From: Eledone cirrhosa
Lineage: Eukaryota
Length of the DNA stretch: 64,000 bases
Direction of reading: 5' to 3'
NCBI GenBank assembly: GCA_964016885.1
Contig: OZ024765.1
Location: forward strand, 23,064,001-23,128,000
Shown piece by piece: positions 47,406 through 62,019 of the stretch; position 1 is the first letter of the stretch; the number at the start of each line of letters is the position of its first letter. The position numbers were made by a program, and so were the translations under genes. The notes under the pieces are model-generated. The model searched no databases, was not told the origin of the DNA, and saw only the letters and a list, made by a program, of their open reading frames with translations.

Positions 47406-47593
47406 CTGTTAGTCTTCCTTAGGGATCCAGCTCGATCAATTGGGGGTCAGTTGTTTTCGACAGAATCAGTTGGAATTGGAAGACAGGTTTAAGGACTCTA
47501 CACCGGCAAACATCCCGTCTTCAATTCCAACGGGTTCTGTCGAAAACAACCGACTCCAATTGATTGCGCTGGATCCCCAAGGAAGACTAACAG
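47406..47593. repeat. Foldback/MITE-like inverted repeat with ~80-bp arms
   Basis: ctgttagtcttcctt...ggaagac pairs with gtcttcaattcc...aaggaagactaacag. Confidence 0.85.
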
Positions 47594-47610
47594 GTTACGG
47601 ATGTGTGTGT

Positions 47611-48550
<940 letters not shown>

Positions 48551-48649
48551 AATGAAGTAATTCCGTCGGAAAGGTCCAGGAAAAAAGAGTGCTCTATGTA
48601 GGTTACAGTGCTTATTAGTTATGTAATAAACAACATATGATAATTATTG

Positions 48650-48706
48650 CATTTACCAGTGGTTTCTTGAAAGCAAACAAATCTGCTTTCAGTCGTCAGA
48701 ATGAAA
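48650..48706 (-). ncRNA. Type I hammerhead motif, third copy of the 31.2-kb family (within remnant 48551-48720)
   Basis: Minus strand: catt-CTGACGA-ctgaaagcagatttgtttgctttcaa-GAAA-ccactgg-TA-aatg. Confidence 0.72.
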
Positions 48707-48790
48707 AAATCCTGGTGTTTTTATTGAATGTGGATTTGAAAACAAAAATATAAGAAATATGAAAGTGAGGCTGAACGAAGAAGAAAAAAA

Positions 48791-49078
48791 CAGGTTGTGA
48801 GTTCAATTCTCAGACCGGGTGATGTGTTGTTTCCTTGAGCAAGACACTTTATTTCAAATTGCTCCAGTGTACTCAGCTGTAGAAATGAGATGATAGGGAC
48901 TGGGGTCCCTATCATTCCACTGCAAAGTGGTCGTGTAGGTGCCACGGCAAAAAAGCACCCAGCACTCACTGTAAATGAGGTTGGTGTTAGGAAGGGCATC
49001 CAGCTGTAGAAATCAAGCCAGAATCAGTTCCCGTCCCACCCTTACAAGCAGGGAAAAAGCGGACGTAAAATGAAATGA
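48791..49078 (+). mobile_element. SINE family A, 5'-truncated
   Basis: Colinear with 20008-20290. Confidence 0.82.
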
Positions 49079-49313
49079 AAATATCAATTGAGAAACAAAC
49101 TAGTATTTTGTACACACACACACACACACTCTCTCTCTTTCTACTACTACTACCCCAAGTATCCAGTACTCTGGTAGGTTAGGATCCACCTGCTATTTTA
49201 CCATACCCTATCTGATATATATGAATTATATGTAGATTTAAATACAGATTTAAAAACATATCTTTACGTGTTAGAATGATACTATACCTATATTATATGT
49301 ATGTATCTATATT

Positions 49314-49988
49314 AGGGACCCCTCGAAAAAGATCTGTCCCAGATGCGTGTGCGACGAGGAAACCGTTGCACACGCATTGGTACACTGCTCGGGCATTGCC
49401 GATCTGTGGGGCTATGTCGAACAACTGCTGTCAAGGGTGGGACCAATCCGGTTGACCACCGAGTCTATTGTAACGATCAAGCCGCCTCCCCTCTTCAAAG
49501 ACGAAGGAGAGGCGGTGTTTCTGTGCGTAATAGCCATGGCGAAAGAGGTTGTATGGTGGACGCGTCTGAAAGGACTGAGGTCAGACACCTTTCTCTCTGG
49601 CCAACAACTGGTCCGTTTCTTCCGATATCATTTCGGAAGAAGGATCAGGATGGAGAGAGAGGTGCTGCACCCCAGCCGTTTCTATGAAAGATGGGTGAAA
49701 GTGGCGAGAATGGCCCGTGTGAATGGGCCTTCACTCTACATCAGACTATAGGTGAGGAAGATGAAAGACCAAGGGAGCACCCCCTCTCTGTGCTCCTGAG
49801 GAGAAGGGTTGCACACTTTTTTACGGGGGTGTGTGTGCGAGCCCCCAAGGCGCCTCCTCCCTATGGAGGATTTTGTTATAAATTTTATTTTGTTATTGCC
49901 TCCTCCTTATTGAGGACGCCTTTGCATGTAAACTCCCCCCTTTGTACTTGTCCCACTTTTGATGCCCTGGTGGCAAATAAAAAGAAAG
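49314..49988 (+). mobile_element. 5'-truncated, diverged copy of the Tx1 family
   Basis: CPRCVCDEETVAH...SLYIRL aligns with the ORF2 C-terminus, and the 3' UTR ends AATAAAAAGAAAG. Possible 24-bp TSD at 49289-49312 and 49990-50013. Confidence 0.92.
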
Positions 49989-50913
49989 TTATATTATATG
50001 TGTGTATCTATATATATATGTGTGTATCTATATATATATGTGTGTATCTATATATATATGTGTGTATCTATATATATGTGTGTATCTATATATATATGTG
50101 TGTATCTATATATATATGTGTGTATCTATATATATATGTGTGTATCTATATATATGTGTGTATCTATATATATGTGTGTATCTATATATATGTGTGTATC
50201 TATATATATATGTGTGTATCTATATATATGTGTATCTATATATATGTGTGTATCTATATATATGTGTGTATCTATATATATGTGTGTATCTATATTATAT
50301 GTGTGTATCTATATTATATGTGTGTATCTATATATATGTGTGTATCTATATATATATGTGTGTATCTATATATATATGTGTGTATTTATATATATGTATG
50401 TATCTATATATATATGTGTGTATTTATATATATGTGTGTATCTATATTATATGTGTGTATCTATATATATATGTGTGTATTTATATATATATGTGTGTAT
50501 CTATATATATGTGTGTATCTATATATATATGTGTGTATCTATATATATGTGTGTATCTATATATATGTATGTATCTATATATATATGTGTGTATCTATAT
50601 TATATGTGTGTATCTATATATATATGTGTGTATCTATATATATGTGTGTATCTATATATATGTGTGTATCTATATATATGTGTGTATCTATATATATGTA
50701 TGTATCTATATATATGTATGTATCTATATATATGTGTGTATCTATATATATATGTGTGTATCTATATATATGTGTGTATCTATATATATGTGTGTATCTA
50801 TATATATGTGTGTATTTATATATATGTGTGTATCTATATTATATGTGTGTATCTATATATATGTGTGTATCTATATATATGTGTGTATCTATATATATGT
50901 GTGTATCTATATA

Positions 50914-53052
50914 TAACTTTGAAATGTTTTGGCCAGTATTGGCCCAGGCCATGTCTAACTTAATAGCACCACCTGGCGAAGTCTTTCAATTCAGGATTTG
51001 GGCACCATGGCCCATTCGAGAAGAGAATTACTGTTTGTGGAGACATATCCGGGTGTGGGTGGTTTGTCTGGGATTACTTGGAGGAATTTGTCCAAAGACT
51101 TCTTGAATTTTGTGTGGTCAGTTTCTGTTTTGACGTGTCCTGGTGTGATGTTGAAGAGAGCAGGGCCGATTGAGGTGAAATAATTGTGCCGTATTGTTGT
51201 TATGAGTTGCGATTTAGATTTTTGAATGGGACGGATAGCACGGGGCCCAAGCCTTGGGTGTATCTTGAAGGCGATGCCAACATCATTTGGGCAGTGATGA
51301 TGGAACATTTTCCACATCATGCAGATAATATAACGCTCACGGCGACGTTGGAGTGAGTAAAGTTTCAGGTTTTCCAATCGACCCCAGTAGTCAAGGTCTG
51401 ACATGCCATCTATCTTTTTCGTGATTGCCCTTTGAGGAGCTTCAAGTTTCATGATACTTTGTTTCGTGTGGGGAGACCACAGTGGACAACAGTATTCAAG
51501 GTGTGGTCGGGCGAAAGTAGAGAAGAGAAGGATAATGGTGCGGGAATCTCTCGACTGGAAGGTTCTGAGGATCCAGGAACACATTCTGCGGGCCATGTCA
51601 ACTTTGCTGCTTATATGCGTGGTTCAGCTTATGTTGCTGTCCACGGTTACTCCCAAGTCTCTGATGTTGTTAGATGCCACGAGAGTTTCCCCGGAGGGAA
51701 GGGAGTACGGGAGTTTCAGAGCATCCTCTTTTCCAAAGTGGATCAGTTCGAATTTGTCTTCGTTCAGTAACATGTTGTTCTTTTCTGCCCATTGGGTAAC
51801 AGCCAGTAGGTCTGACTGAAGGCTTATCCGGTCATCCACGCCATTGATGACCTTTTGGAGCTTGGAATCATCAGCGAAAATTTTAATGTTGCTGTGTTTG
51901 ATGATGTCAGTGATGTCATTAATATAGATGATGAAGAGAAGTGGGCCCAACACAGTGCCTTGTGGGACTCCACTACTGACTTTGGCTGGGCTTGATTTGA
52001 CTCCCTCAACTACAACATGTTGGGTTCTGTTTGACAGGAAGCTCTTGATCCACTGCAGCAGCTTTCCAGTGACACCAATATTGGACAGCTTTCTCAGTAG
52101 AATGTTATGATCAACCCTGTCAAAGGCCTTGCTGAAATCAAGGTAGATAACATCAGTGTTGGAACCCTCTCCCAAGGCTCTCAAAATGTCATCAAAGTGA
52201 TGCAGTAGTTGCGTCAGGCAATCCCTTCCATTACGGAATCCATGCTGGTTGGAGTTCAGCATATTGTTACTCTCAAGGAAGTGGGTCATTCGCGATCTCA
52301 CCACTCGCTCAAATACCTTAATGATATGAGAGGTGAGTGAGATTGGACGGTAATTCACGGCAAGGGATTTGTTTCCCTTTTTGAAAACTGGGACAACAGA
52401 CTGGGATAGAAGGTTTTCTGGCACATATCCAGCATCCAGTGAGTTCCGCCACAGATTGGCAAGAGGAGAAGCAAGTTGGTGTTGACACGCCTTCAAGACA
52501 CAAGCAGGGAACCTATCGGGACCTACTGCTGAATTATGCTTGATTTCCTTTATTGCCGCCAAGACATCAGGGGCGCCAAACGTTATGTCCGATAAGGTGT
52601 AATGGGGAGTAACATCGCCAATACAGCCCAGATCGGCCATATCAGGATTGCTGAAAACAGAGCAGTATTGTTTCTGCAGTATCTCACCCATGGTTTTAGC
52701 ATTGTCTTGAAGAGTGCCATTTTCATCAATTAGAGGGCCAACAGTAGAGCCAGTGATTTTGTGTTTTTTTGCAAATGAAAAGAACACTTTGGGATTGAGT
52801 TTGATCTTCTCAATGGCCCAGGCCTCTTCAGCTCTTCTCTGATTGTTGATGAGGGACATTATGTTGTTTTGGAGGTTATGTTTTTTAATCTCTAGTGATG
52901 AAATGGCAGTCAAGTTGATGTGTTGCTGCTGACAGTATTTCAGATTGTTGATTTTTTTGTTCGTTCTCTTAATTTTTCTGATGAGCGTTTTTCTATTTCT
53001 AGGGATTCTGCTCTTAGATTTGTTTATAGTTCTTAATGGGGTGTGTTTAGCA
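50914..53052 (-). mobile_element. CR1-group LINE, 5'-truncated; RT frame open except for one in-frame TGA
   Basis: NYRPISLTS, YLDFSKAFDRVDH, GVPQGTVLGPLLF, FADD and RPHLEYC..WSP motifs. TGA at 51624-51626, and the frame resumes into ORF 50991-51596. Confidence 0.9.
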
Positions 53053-56000
53053 CATATATATATGTGTGTATCTATATATATATGTGTGTATCTATATATA
53101 TGTGTGTATATATATATATGTGTGTATCTATATATATGTGTGTATCTATATATATGTGTGTATCTATATATATGTGTGTATCTATATATATGTGTGTATC
53201 TATATATATATGTATGTATCTATATATATGTGTGTATCTATATATATATGTGTATCTATATATATGTGTATCTATATATATGTGTGTATATTATATGTGT
53301 GTATCTATATATATGTGTGTATCTATATATATGTGTGTATCTATATATATGTGTGTATCTATATATATGTGTGTATCTATATATATGTGTGTATCTATAT
53401 ATATGTGTGTATCTATATATATGTGTGTATCTATATATATGTGTGTATCTATATTATATGTGTGTATCTATATTATATGTGTGTATCTATATATATGTGT
53501 GTATCTATATTATATGTGTGTATCTATATTATATGTGTATCTATATATATGTGTGTATCTATATATATGTGTGTATCTATATTATATGTGTGTATTTATA
53601 TATATGTGTGTATCTATATATATGTGTGTATTTATATATATGTGTGTATCTATATATATGTGTGTATCTATATATATGTGTGTATCTATATATATGTGTG
53701 TATCTATATATATGTGTGTATCTATATTATATGTGTGTATTTATATATATGTGTGTATCTATATATATGTGTGTATCTATATATATGTGTGTATCTATAT
53801 ATATGTGTGTATTTATATATATGTGTGTATCTATATATATGTGTGTATCTATATTATATGTGTGTATTTATATATATGTGTGTATCTATATATATGTGTG
53901 TATCTATATATATGTGTGTATCTATATATATGTGTGTATCTATATATATGTGTGTATTTATATATATGTGTGTATCTATATATATGTGTGTATTTATATA
54001 TATGTGTGTATCTATATATATGTGTGTATCTATATTATATGTGTGTATTTATATATATGTGTGTATCTATATATATGTGTGTATCTATATATATGTGTGT
54101 ATTTATATATATGTGTGTATCTATATATATGTGTGTATCTATATATATGTGTGTATCTATATATATGTGTGTATCTATATATATATGTGTGTATCTATAT
54201 ATATGTGTGTATCTATATTATATGTGTGTATCTATATATGTGTGTATCTATATATATGTGTGTATCTATATATATGTGTGTATCTATATATATGTATGTA
54301 TCTATATATATGTGTGTATCTATATATATGTGTGTATTTATATATATGTGTGTATCTATATATATGTGTGTATCTATATATATGTGTGTATCTATATATA
54401 TGTGTGTATCTATATATATGTGTGTATCTATATATATGTGTGTATCTATATATATATGTATGTATCTATATATATGTGTGTATCTATATATATGTGTGTA
54501 TCTATATATATGTGTGTATCTATATATATGTGTGTATCTATATATATGTGTGTATCTATATATATATGTGTGTATCTATATATATGTGTGTGTATCTATA
54601 TATATGTGTGTATCTATATATATGTGTGTATCTATATATATGTGTGTATCTATATATATATGTGTGTATCTATATATATGTGTGTGTATCTATATATATG
54701 TGTGTATCTATATATATGTATGTATCTATATATATGTGTATCTATATATATATGTGTGTATCTATATATATGTGTGTATCTATATATATGTGTGTATCTA
54801 TATATATGTGTGTGTATCTATATATATGTGTGTATCTATATATATGTGTGTATCTATATATATATGTGTGTATCTATATATATGTATGTATCTATATATA
54901 TGTGTGTATCTATATATATATGTGTGTATCTATATATATGTATGTATCTATATATATGTGTGTATCTATATATATGTGTGTATCTATATATATGTGTGTA
55001 TCTATATATATGTGTGTATCTATATATATGTGTGTATCTATATATATGTGTGTATCTATATATATGTGTGTATCTATATATATGTGTGTATCTATATATA
55101 TGTGTGTATCTATATATATGTGTGTATCTATATATATGTGTGTATCTATATATATGTGTGTATTTATATATATGTGTGTATCTATATTATATGTGTGTAT
55201 CTATATATATATGTGTGTATCTATATATATGTGTGTATCTATATATATGTGTGTATTTATATATATGTGTGTATTTATATATATGTGTGTATCTATATTA
55301 TATGTGTGTATCTATATATATATGTGTGTATCTATATATATGTGTGTATTTATATATATGTGTGTATTTATATATATATATGTGTGTATCTATATTATAT
55401 GTGTGTATCTATATATATGTGTGTATCTATATTATATGTGTGTATCTATATTATATGTGTGTATCTATATATATGTGTGTATCTATATATATGTGTGTAT
55501 CTATATATATGTGTGTATTTATATATATGTGTGTATTTATATATATGTGTGTATCTATATTATATGTGTGTATCTATATATATGTGTGTATCTATATATA
55601 TGTGTGTATCTATATATATGTGTGTATCTATATATATGTGTGTATCTATATATATGTGTGTATCTATATATATGTGTGTATCTATATATATATGTGTATC
55701 TATATATATGTGTGTATCTATATATATGTGTGTATCTATATATATGTGTGTATCTATATATATGTGTGTATCTATATATATGTGTGTATCTATATATATG
55801 TGTGTATCTATATATATGTGTGTATCTATATATATGTGTGTATCTATATTATATGTGTGTATCTATATATATATATGTGTGTATCTATATATATGTGTGT
55901 ATCTATATATATGTGTGTATCTATATTATATGTGTGTATCTATATATATATATATGTGTGTATCTATATATATGTGTGTATCTATATATATGTGTGTATG

Positions 56001-56998
56001 CAAACCCATGCAAGCGTGGAACACGGACGTTAAACGTTGATGATGATGTGTGTATCTATATATATGTGTGTATTTATATATATGTGTGTATCTATATTAT
56101 ATGTGTGTATCTATATATATATATGTGTGTATCTATATATATGTGTGTATCTATATATATGTGTGTATCTATATATATGTGTGTATCTATATATATGTGT
56201 GTATCTATATATATGTGTGTATCTATATATATGTGTGTATCTATATATATGTGTGTATCTATATATATGTGTGTATCTATATATATATGTATGTATCTAT
56301 ATATATGTGTGTATCTATATATATGTGTGTATCTATATATATGTGTGTATCTATATATATGTGTGTATCTATATATATATGTGTGTATCTATATATATGT
56401 GTGTGTATCTATATATATGTGTGTGTATCTATATATATGTATGTATCTATATATATGTATGTATCTATATATATGTGTGTATCTATATATATGTGTGTAT
56501 CTATATATATGTGTGTATCTATATTATATGTGTGTATCTATATATATGTGTGTATCTATATATATGTGTGTATCTATATTATATGTGTGTATCTATATAT
56601 ATATGTGTGTATCTATATATATGTGTGTATCTATATATATGTGTGTATCTATATTATATGTGTGTATCTATATATATGTGTGTATCTATATATATGTGTG
56701 TATCTATATATATGTGTGTATCTATATATATGTGTGTATCTATATATATGTGTGTATCTATATATATGTATGTATCTATATATATGTATGTATCTATATA
56801 TATGTGTGTATCTATATATATGTGTGTATCTATATATATGTGTGTATATAAGGGTTACAATACTGGAGTGTGTTAGAGTTAAACACCCTCTTCGTGTTAT
56901 AGAAATGACAGTAAAAGGTATAGCTCAATGTAGTTAAACAGAGCCGAAAAATTAAGAGAGTAAAACAAAGAAGCCTTCAATACATCAAAAGTCTGTAT

Positions 56999-57040
56999 TA
57001 GCCGACAATGTTTCGTTCTATTAAGGACTCATCAGGGCAA
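56999..57040 (-). ncRNA. Minimal type I hammerhead motif (second family)
   Basis: Minus strand: gcc-c-TGATGA-gtcct-taat-agaac-GAAA-cattg-TC-ggc. The partial copy at 20385-20406 has aggac, which restores stem II. Confidence 0.72.
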
Positions 57041-57979
57041 TTAAAACAACAAGAAGTAATATCGGCAGATACAATCCGGAAGCTCCAAAGAATATGGAGT
57101 GTACATAGACTAAAGTATTGCAAGATTATAGGTAAAAATATATAATAAAAATAATAAAAATATATAATAAAAATAATAAAAATATATAATAAAAATAATA
57201 AAAATATATAATAAAAATTACTAAGGATGTATATAACATTAAGAACCATATTACAAATATAGTCCAAAGCAAAAACTAGAGCTAAACAAAGGTGGTTATA
57301 TAGAGCAGGAATTATATATAATACAATATAATATACTATAATATACCTTTACCAACATTAAAACTACAATAAAAATCAAAAGGTACAATATGCATATGTA
57401 TATATGTACGCACACGTACACACACATACACATACAACAATACACATATCCATCTTCAACTGCACAAATTAAACCTTATTAAGAGTTTGAATATAAAAAT
57501 AAGCATGATAGGAATGAAAATAATAATAATAATAATACTAATACATCTACCCAATATACATGAGGTAATAATATGATATAATTATAAGTAGTACTTAGGT
57601 AATAATATGATATAATTATAAGTAGCACATATAATAATAAATAATACAATTATATACTATATAATACAATATAATAGAATAGATAATCTCCGGTTAATTT
57701 ACACAAACAATATAGATGTCACAATAATAATATAATAATAACATTTACAATATACAATATACTAACATTCTAAATGTACTCAAGTTAACAAGTCAATTCA
57801 TACTGGGTTACAGAGTAGGTGAGGAAAAATAAAATGTACAATACCTCAAAAAAATTTTGATGATACAGAAGTACAAACATCTTACAAGATATATAAGGTT
57901 TAACATATCATAATGTTACATATAATTAACGGTAAGTAATAAGGATCAATATTACAATAAAAAATACAATATAATATAA

Positions 57980-58546
57980 TCTATATATATAAAGCTGTGG
58001 TTGTCTGTCTGTCTATCGATTTTTGGCACACATCTCCTCTTAGAATCTCTGACGGAATTGCACTGAAATTGCTATACTTGTACATTGAGCCCTAGCGAAG
58101 ACATCGGAAAAAAAATGTTTCAAATTGACCCACCCTATGTGACGAAATCGAATCTAATGTATCGATTTTTGAGCGTAAGTGGCGAGTTATTTCCCTTTGT
58201 TCTATATATATAAAGCTGTGGTTGTCTGTCTGTCTATCGATTTTTGGCACACATCTCCTCTTAGAATCTCTGACGGAATTGCTATACTTGTACATTGAGC
58301 CCTAGCGAAGACATCGGAAAAAAAATATTTCAAATTGACCCACCCTATGTGACGAAATCGAATCTAATGTATCGATTTTTGAGCGTAAGTGACGAGTTAT
58401 TTCCCTTTGTTCTGTTTACATTGAGCGTCTTACGTTCTGCAGACAGACAGTCGTGCAGACAGACTTTAAGCCAAAAAAGAAACTTAACATTGTAACTTTA
58501 ACACAGCTACTGAGCGACCCCGAGCAACGCCGGGCTTTACTGCTAG
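57980..58546 (+). mobile_element. Non-autonomous Helitron with a tandemly duplicated 5' part
   Basis: 5' TC, (GTCT)n, subterminal hairpin cccg..cggg, 3' CTAG, inserted between A and T, no TSD. Confidence 0.8.
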
Positions 58547-61024
58547 TATATTATATAAAATAAAATTAATACAATATAATATATAATTACTTATAATTAC
58601 AAGGTTGGTAGACAGACATGTACATGGATGAGTGAGTAAGTGCCAGGCAGTAAATATAATGCACAGTAGTATTACAAAGTATAGAATAAAATAAATAAAT
58701 AGATAAATAGAATCAACCGGAAATTAAAAAACAAAAACAAACGTATACATTTAGGTCTCACATGCAGTTAAGTAGTTAAGTAAAAGCTAAGGAAACAACC
58801 CCTGTAAATGACTCGAAAACCCTATTTGATAAATTAATATAAAAAATATTTAAACTATTCAATAAGGCAGTATAATATTAGCTATAGTTTAAGTAATTAA
58901 AGTTTATAAACGTTAATATTTCGTTCCAAATGTTTACAAAAAGGAATGAAAATTTTTTACTCTCATATACATAATGATATCTAAAGAACTGACTTAAGCA
59001 GAATTATGGTAGGCTAATAGGGACAGAAATGAAGAAATATATGGAGGATGCAAAGGGGCATAAAATATAGTCGATATACTATATTAAATAATAGAAAGGA
59101 GCGTAAAAGAGGGGGGGGGGGATTAAATATAATATAATATTATTATAGTCAATTTGGAGGGGTTGACAATAAGTTTATGTGTGCATGGGGGGGGGGGGGG
59201 GGGTTCCAAAGAAGAATCCGAATAAAAATAAGGATAAAATAAAATAAATAGCGTGAAATATATAATCTTATATACATTCATAAGGTGTAACAGTGAAAAT
59301 TTAATGCATAAGAAGATAGATGTGGTACAGTAGCCAAAAGATTATGAGATCAAGAATAAAGAGTCGTCAAAAACCAATTATAATAATGATGACAATAATA
59401 ATGTTGGCAAACAAAAGAACCTAAACTAAAAAATAAATAATGGAATATATCAGCTAATGGGTACAATTTGTACTACTAGAACGTTTAGGTTTATAATAAA
59501 AGTATGAATTAGAAATAGCGTGGGGGCAAGAAGAGAATATCTCAGACTTTCTATTAAGTAAAGATGCGCTAGAGAAGATTATAGAGTGTATATATATATG
59601 TATGTAGATTATGTGTGTATATATATATGTATGTATCTATATATATGTGTGTATCTATATATATATGTGTGTATCTATATATATATGTGTGTGTATCTAT
59701 ATATATATATGTGTGTATTTATATATATGTGTGTATTTATATATGTGTGTATTTATATATATGTGTGTATCTATATATATATGTGTGTATCTATATATAT
59801 GTGTGTATCTATATATATGTGTGTATCTATATATATGTGTGTATCTATATATATGTGTGTATATATATATATGTGTATCTATATATATATGTGTATCTAT
59901 ATATATATGTGTATCTATATATATATGTGTATCTATATTATATGTGTGTATCTATATATGTGTGTATCTATATATATATGTATGTATCTATATATATGTG
60001 TGTATCTATATATATATGTGTGTGTATCTATATATATATGTATGTATCTATATATATGTGTGTATCTATATATATATGTGTGTATCTATATATATGTGTG
60101 TGTATCTATATATATGTGTGTATCTATATATATGTGTGTATCTATATATATGTGTGTATATATATATATGTGTGTGTATCTATATATATGTGTGTATATA
60201 TATATGTGTGTATCTATATATATGTGTGTATATATATGTGTGTGTATCTATATATATGTGTGTATTTATATATATGTGCGTATCTATATATATGTATGTA
60301 TCTATATATATATGTGTATCTATATATATGTGTGTGTATCTATATATATATGTGTGTATCTATAGATATGTGTGTATCTATATATATATGTATGTATCTA
60401 TATATATATGTGTGTATCTATATATGTGTGTATCTATATATATGTGTGTATCTATATATATGTATGTATCTATATATATGTGTATCTATATATATGTGTG
60501 TATATATATATGTGTGTGTATCTATATATATATGTGTATATATATATATGTGTGTATCTATATATATATGTGTGTATCTATATATATGTGTGTATCTATA
60601 TATATGTGTATTTATATATATGTGTGTGTGTATCTATATATATGTGTGTATATATATATGTGTGTATCTATATATATATGTGTGTATCTATATATATGTG
60701 TGTATCTATATATGTGTGTATCTATATATGTGTGTGTATCTATATATGTGTGTGTATCTATATATATGTGTGTATTTATATATATGTGTGTATCTATATA
60801 TATGTGTATATTTATATATATGTGTATCTATATATATGTATGTATCTATATATATGTGTGTAGCTATCTATATATATGTGTGTAGCTATATATATATATG
60901 TATGTATCTATATATATGTGTGTATCTATATATATGTGTGTATTTATATATATGTATGTATCTATATATATGTGTGTATCTATATGTGTGTGTTATTGAC
61001 CCCATGTCCTACTTCTATTTGCAG

Positions 61025-61618
61025 GAATGCTCCCTTATCTGTCGACACGTAATGTTGCCAAAGTCCTTGATTGTCTCTATATGTCCTACCATATAGCTTG
61101 TGATTTTGACTCGAGGCCTGGCCTGAAGTTCCTTATTCAAAAGGTCGCCCAAACTGATGTTGCTGCCAACCTCTACAAACAGGCTGGTGCTAGTATGGTG
61201 TTCTACATCCACACCCTTATTGAGATCTGCTCAAGGGTGAGCCACCTTCAACTAGACGTCACCCGTAACCTTCTGAAGCAGATGTCAACTTCGTTTCTGA
61301 ACAACCGACAAGCTTGCATCAGTCGGGCGCGAACTCTGACAAAAGACATAGGGAGCAATGTAGAGATCTTCCTTTTCCTCTTGCAGAACATCTGTGATGA
61401 GTTGTGCCAGACTTATGTTGACATGACACTCGACGAGGAAACTACAACCTGCGTTGATCGTCTCTCAGAACAGCCGCTAGTCTTTCTTATTGCTAAACCA
61501 GATGAACTCAGTGATATCACTGGATCAAGTGAGTCCAAGAAAATGAACAAACTTCCACCCCACAAAGATTTCTCTTATCATTCGAGTGCTTCGCCTGTCA
61601 CAACACAAACATCCGAAG
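61025..61618 (+). CDS. ARFGEF3: ARFGEF3 exon (GMLPYLS...FDSRPGLKFLIQKV...AANLYKQ...)
   Basis: tttgcag acceptor and the FD..PGLK.L..KV....AANLY.Q motif. The donor g|GTAGGG is less certain because the next exon lies outside the window. Confidence 0.9.
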
Positions 61619-61745
61619 GTAGGGTGACACTTTCTTTTTTCTCATAAATATAGCAACGAAGGGGTTAAAGGGATTATATTTACCTAAATATTTTCATAAA
61701 CTTTTGTTATGTTCCAAAGTTATTTGTGTGTGTATGTATATATAT

Positions 61746-62000
61746 CATCATCATCATCATTTTACGTCTGCTTTTCCCTGCTTGCAAGGGTGGGACGGGT
61801 CCTATTCAGCACAGCATCTCTCCACTTGTCACGGTCTTTTGTCATCTCCTCGGTGAGTTTCAGCGATCTGAGGTCAGCTCTCACCACCTCCGCCCATGTC
61901 TTTCATGGTCTTCCTCTACTGCATCTTCCTTCTACTGGGATTTCTTGGCACTTCTTTACCCAGCGGTCATCCTCCATGCGCATCACATGTCCATACTATC
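61746..62000 (-). mobile_element. RTE 3' fragment
   Basis: Homologous to 28540-28790. Confidence 0.82.
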
Positions 62001-62019
62001 TAAGTGTGTGTGTGTATAT

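Larger units (their letters stand above)
56851..59585 (-). mobile_element. AT-rich non-coding insert ending in a Penelope-like pseudo-LTR
   Basis: Terminus shared with 20338-20535 and a hammerhead motif at ~57000. The right boundary is set only by the microsatellite resuming. Confidence 0.5.
49990..60992. repeat. ~16-bp (TATATATGTGTGTATC)n simple repeat in segments 49990-50913, 53053-56850 and 59590-60992
   Basis: Directly visible. Interrupted by a CR1-type LINE, a ~48-bp RTE tail (56000-56047) and an AT-rich insert. Confidence 0.93.

Noticed and set aside
49691-61096. Long YICV/MCVSIY ORFs
   Set aside because: TA/TG simple repeats that lack stop codons; not protein-coding.
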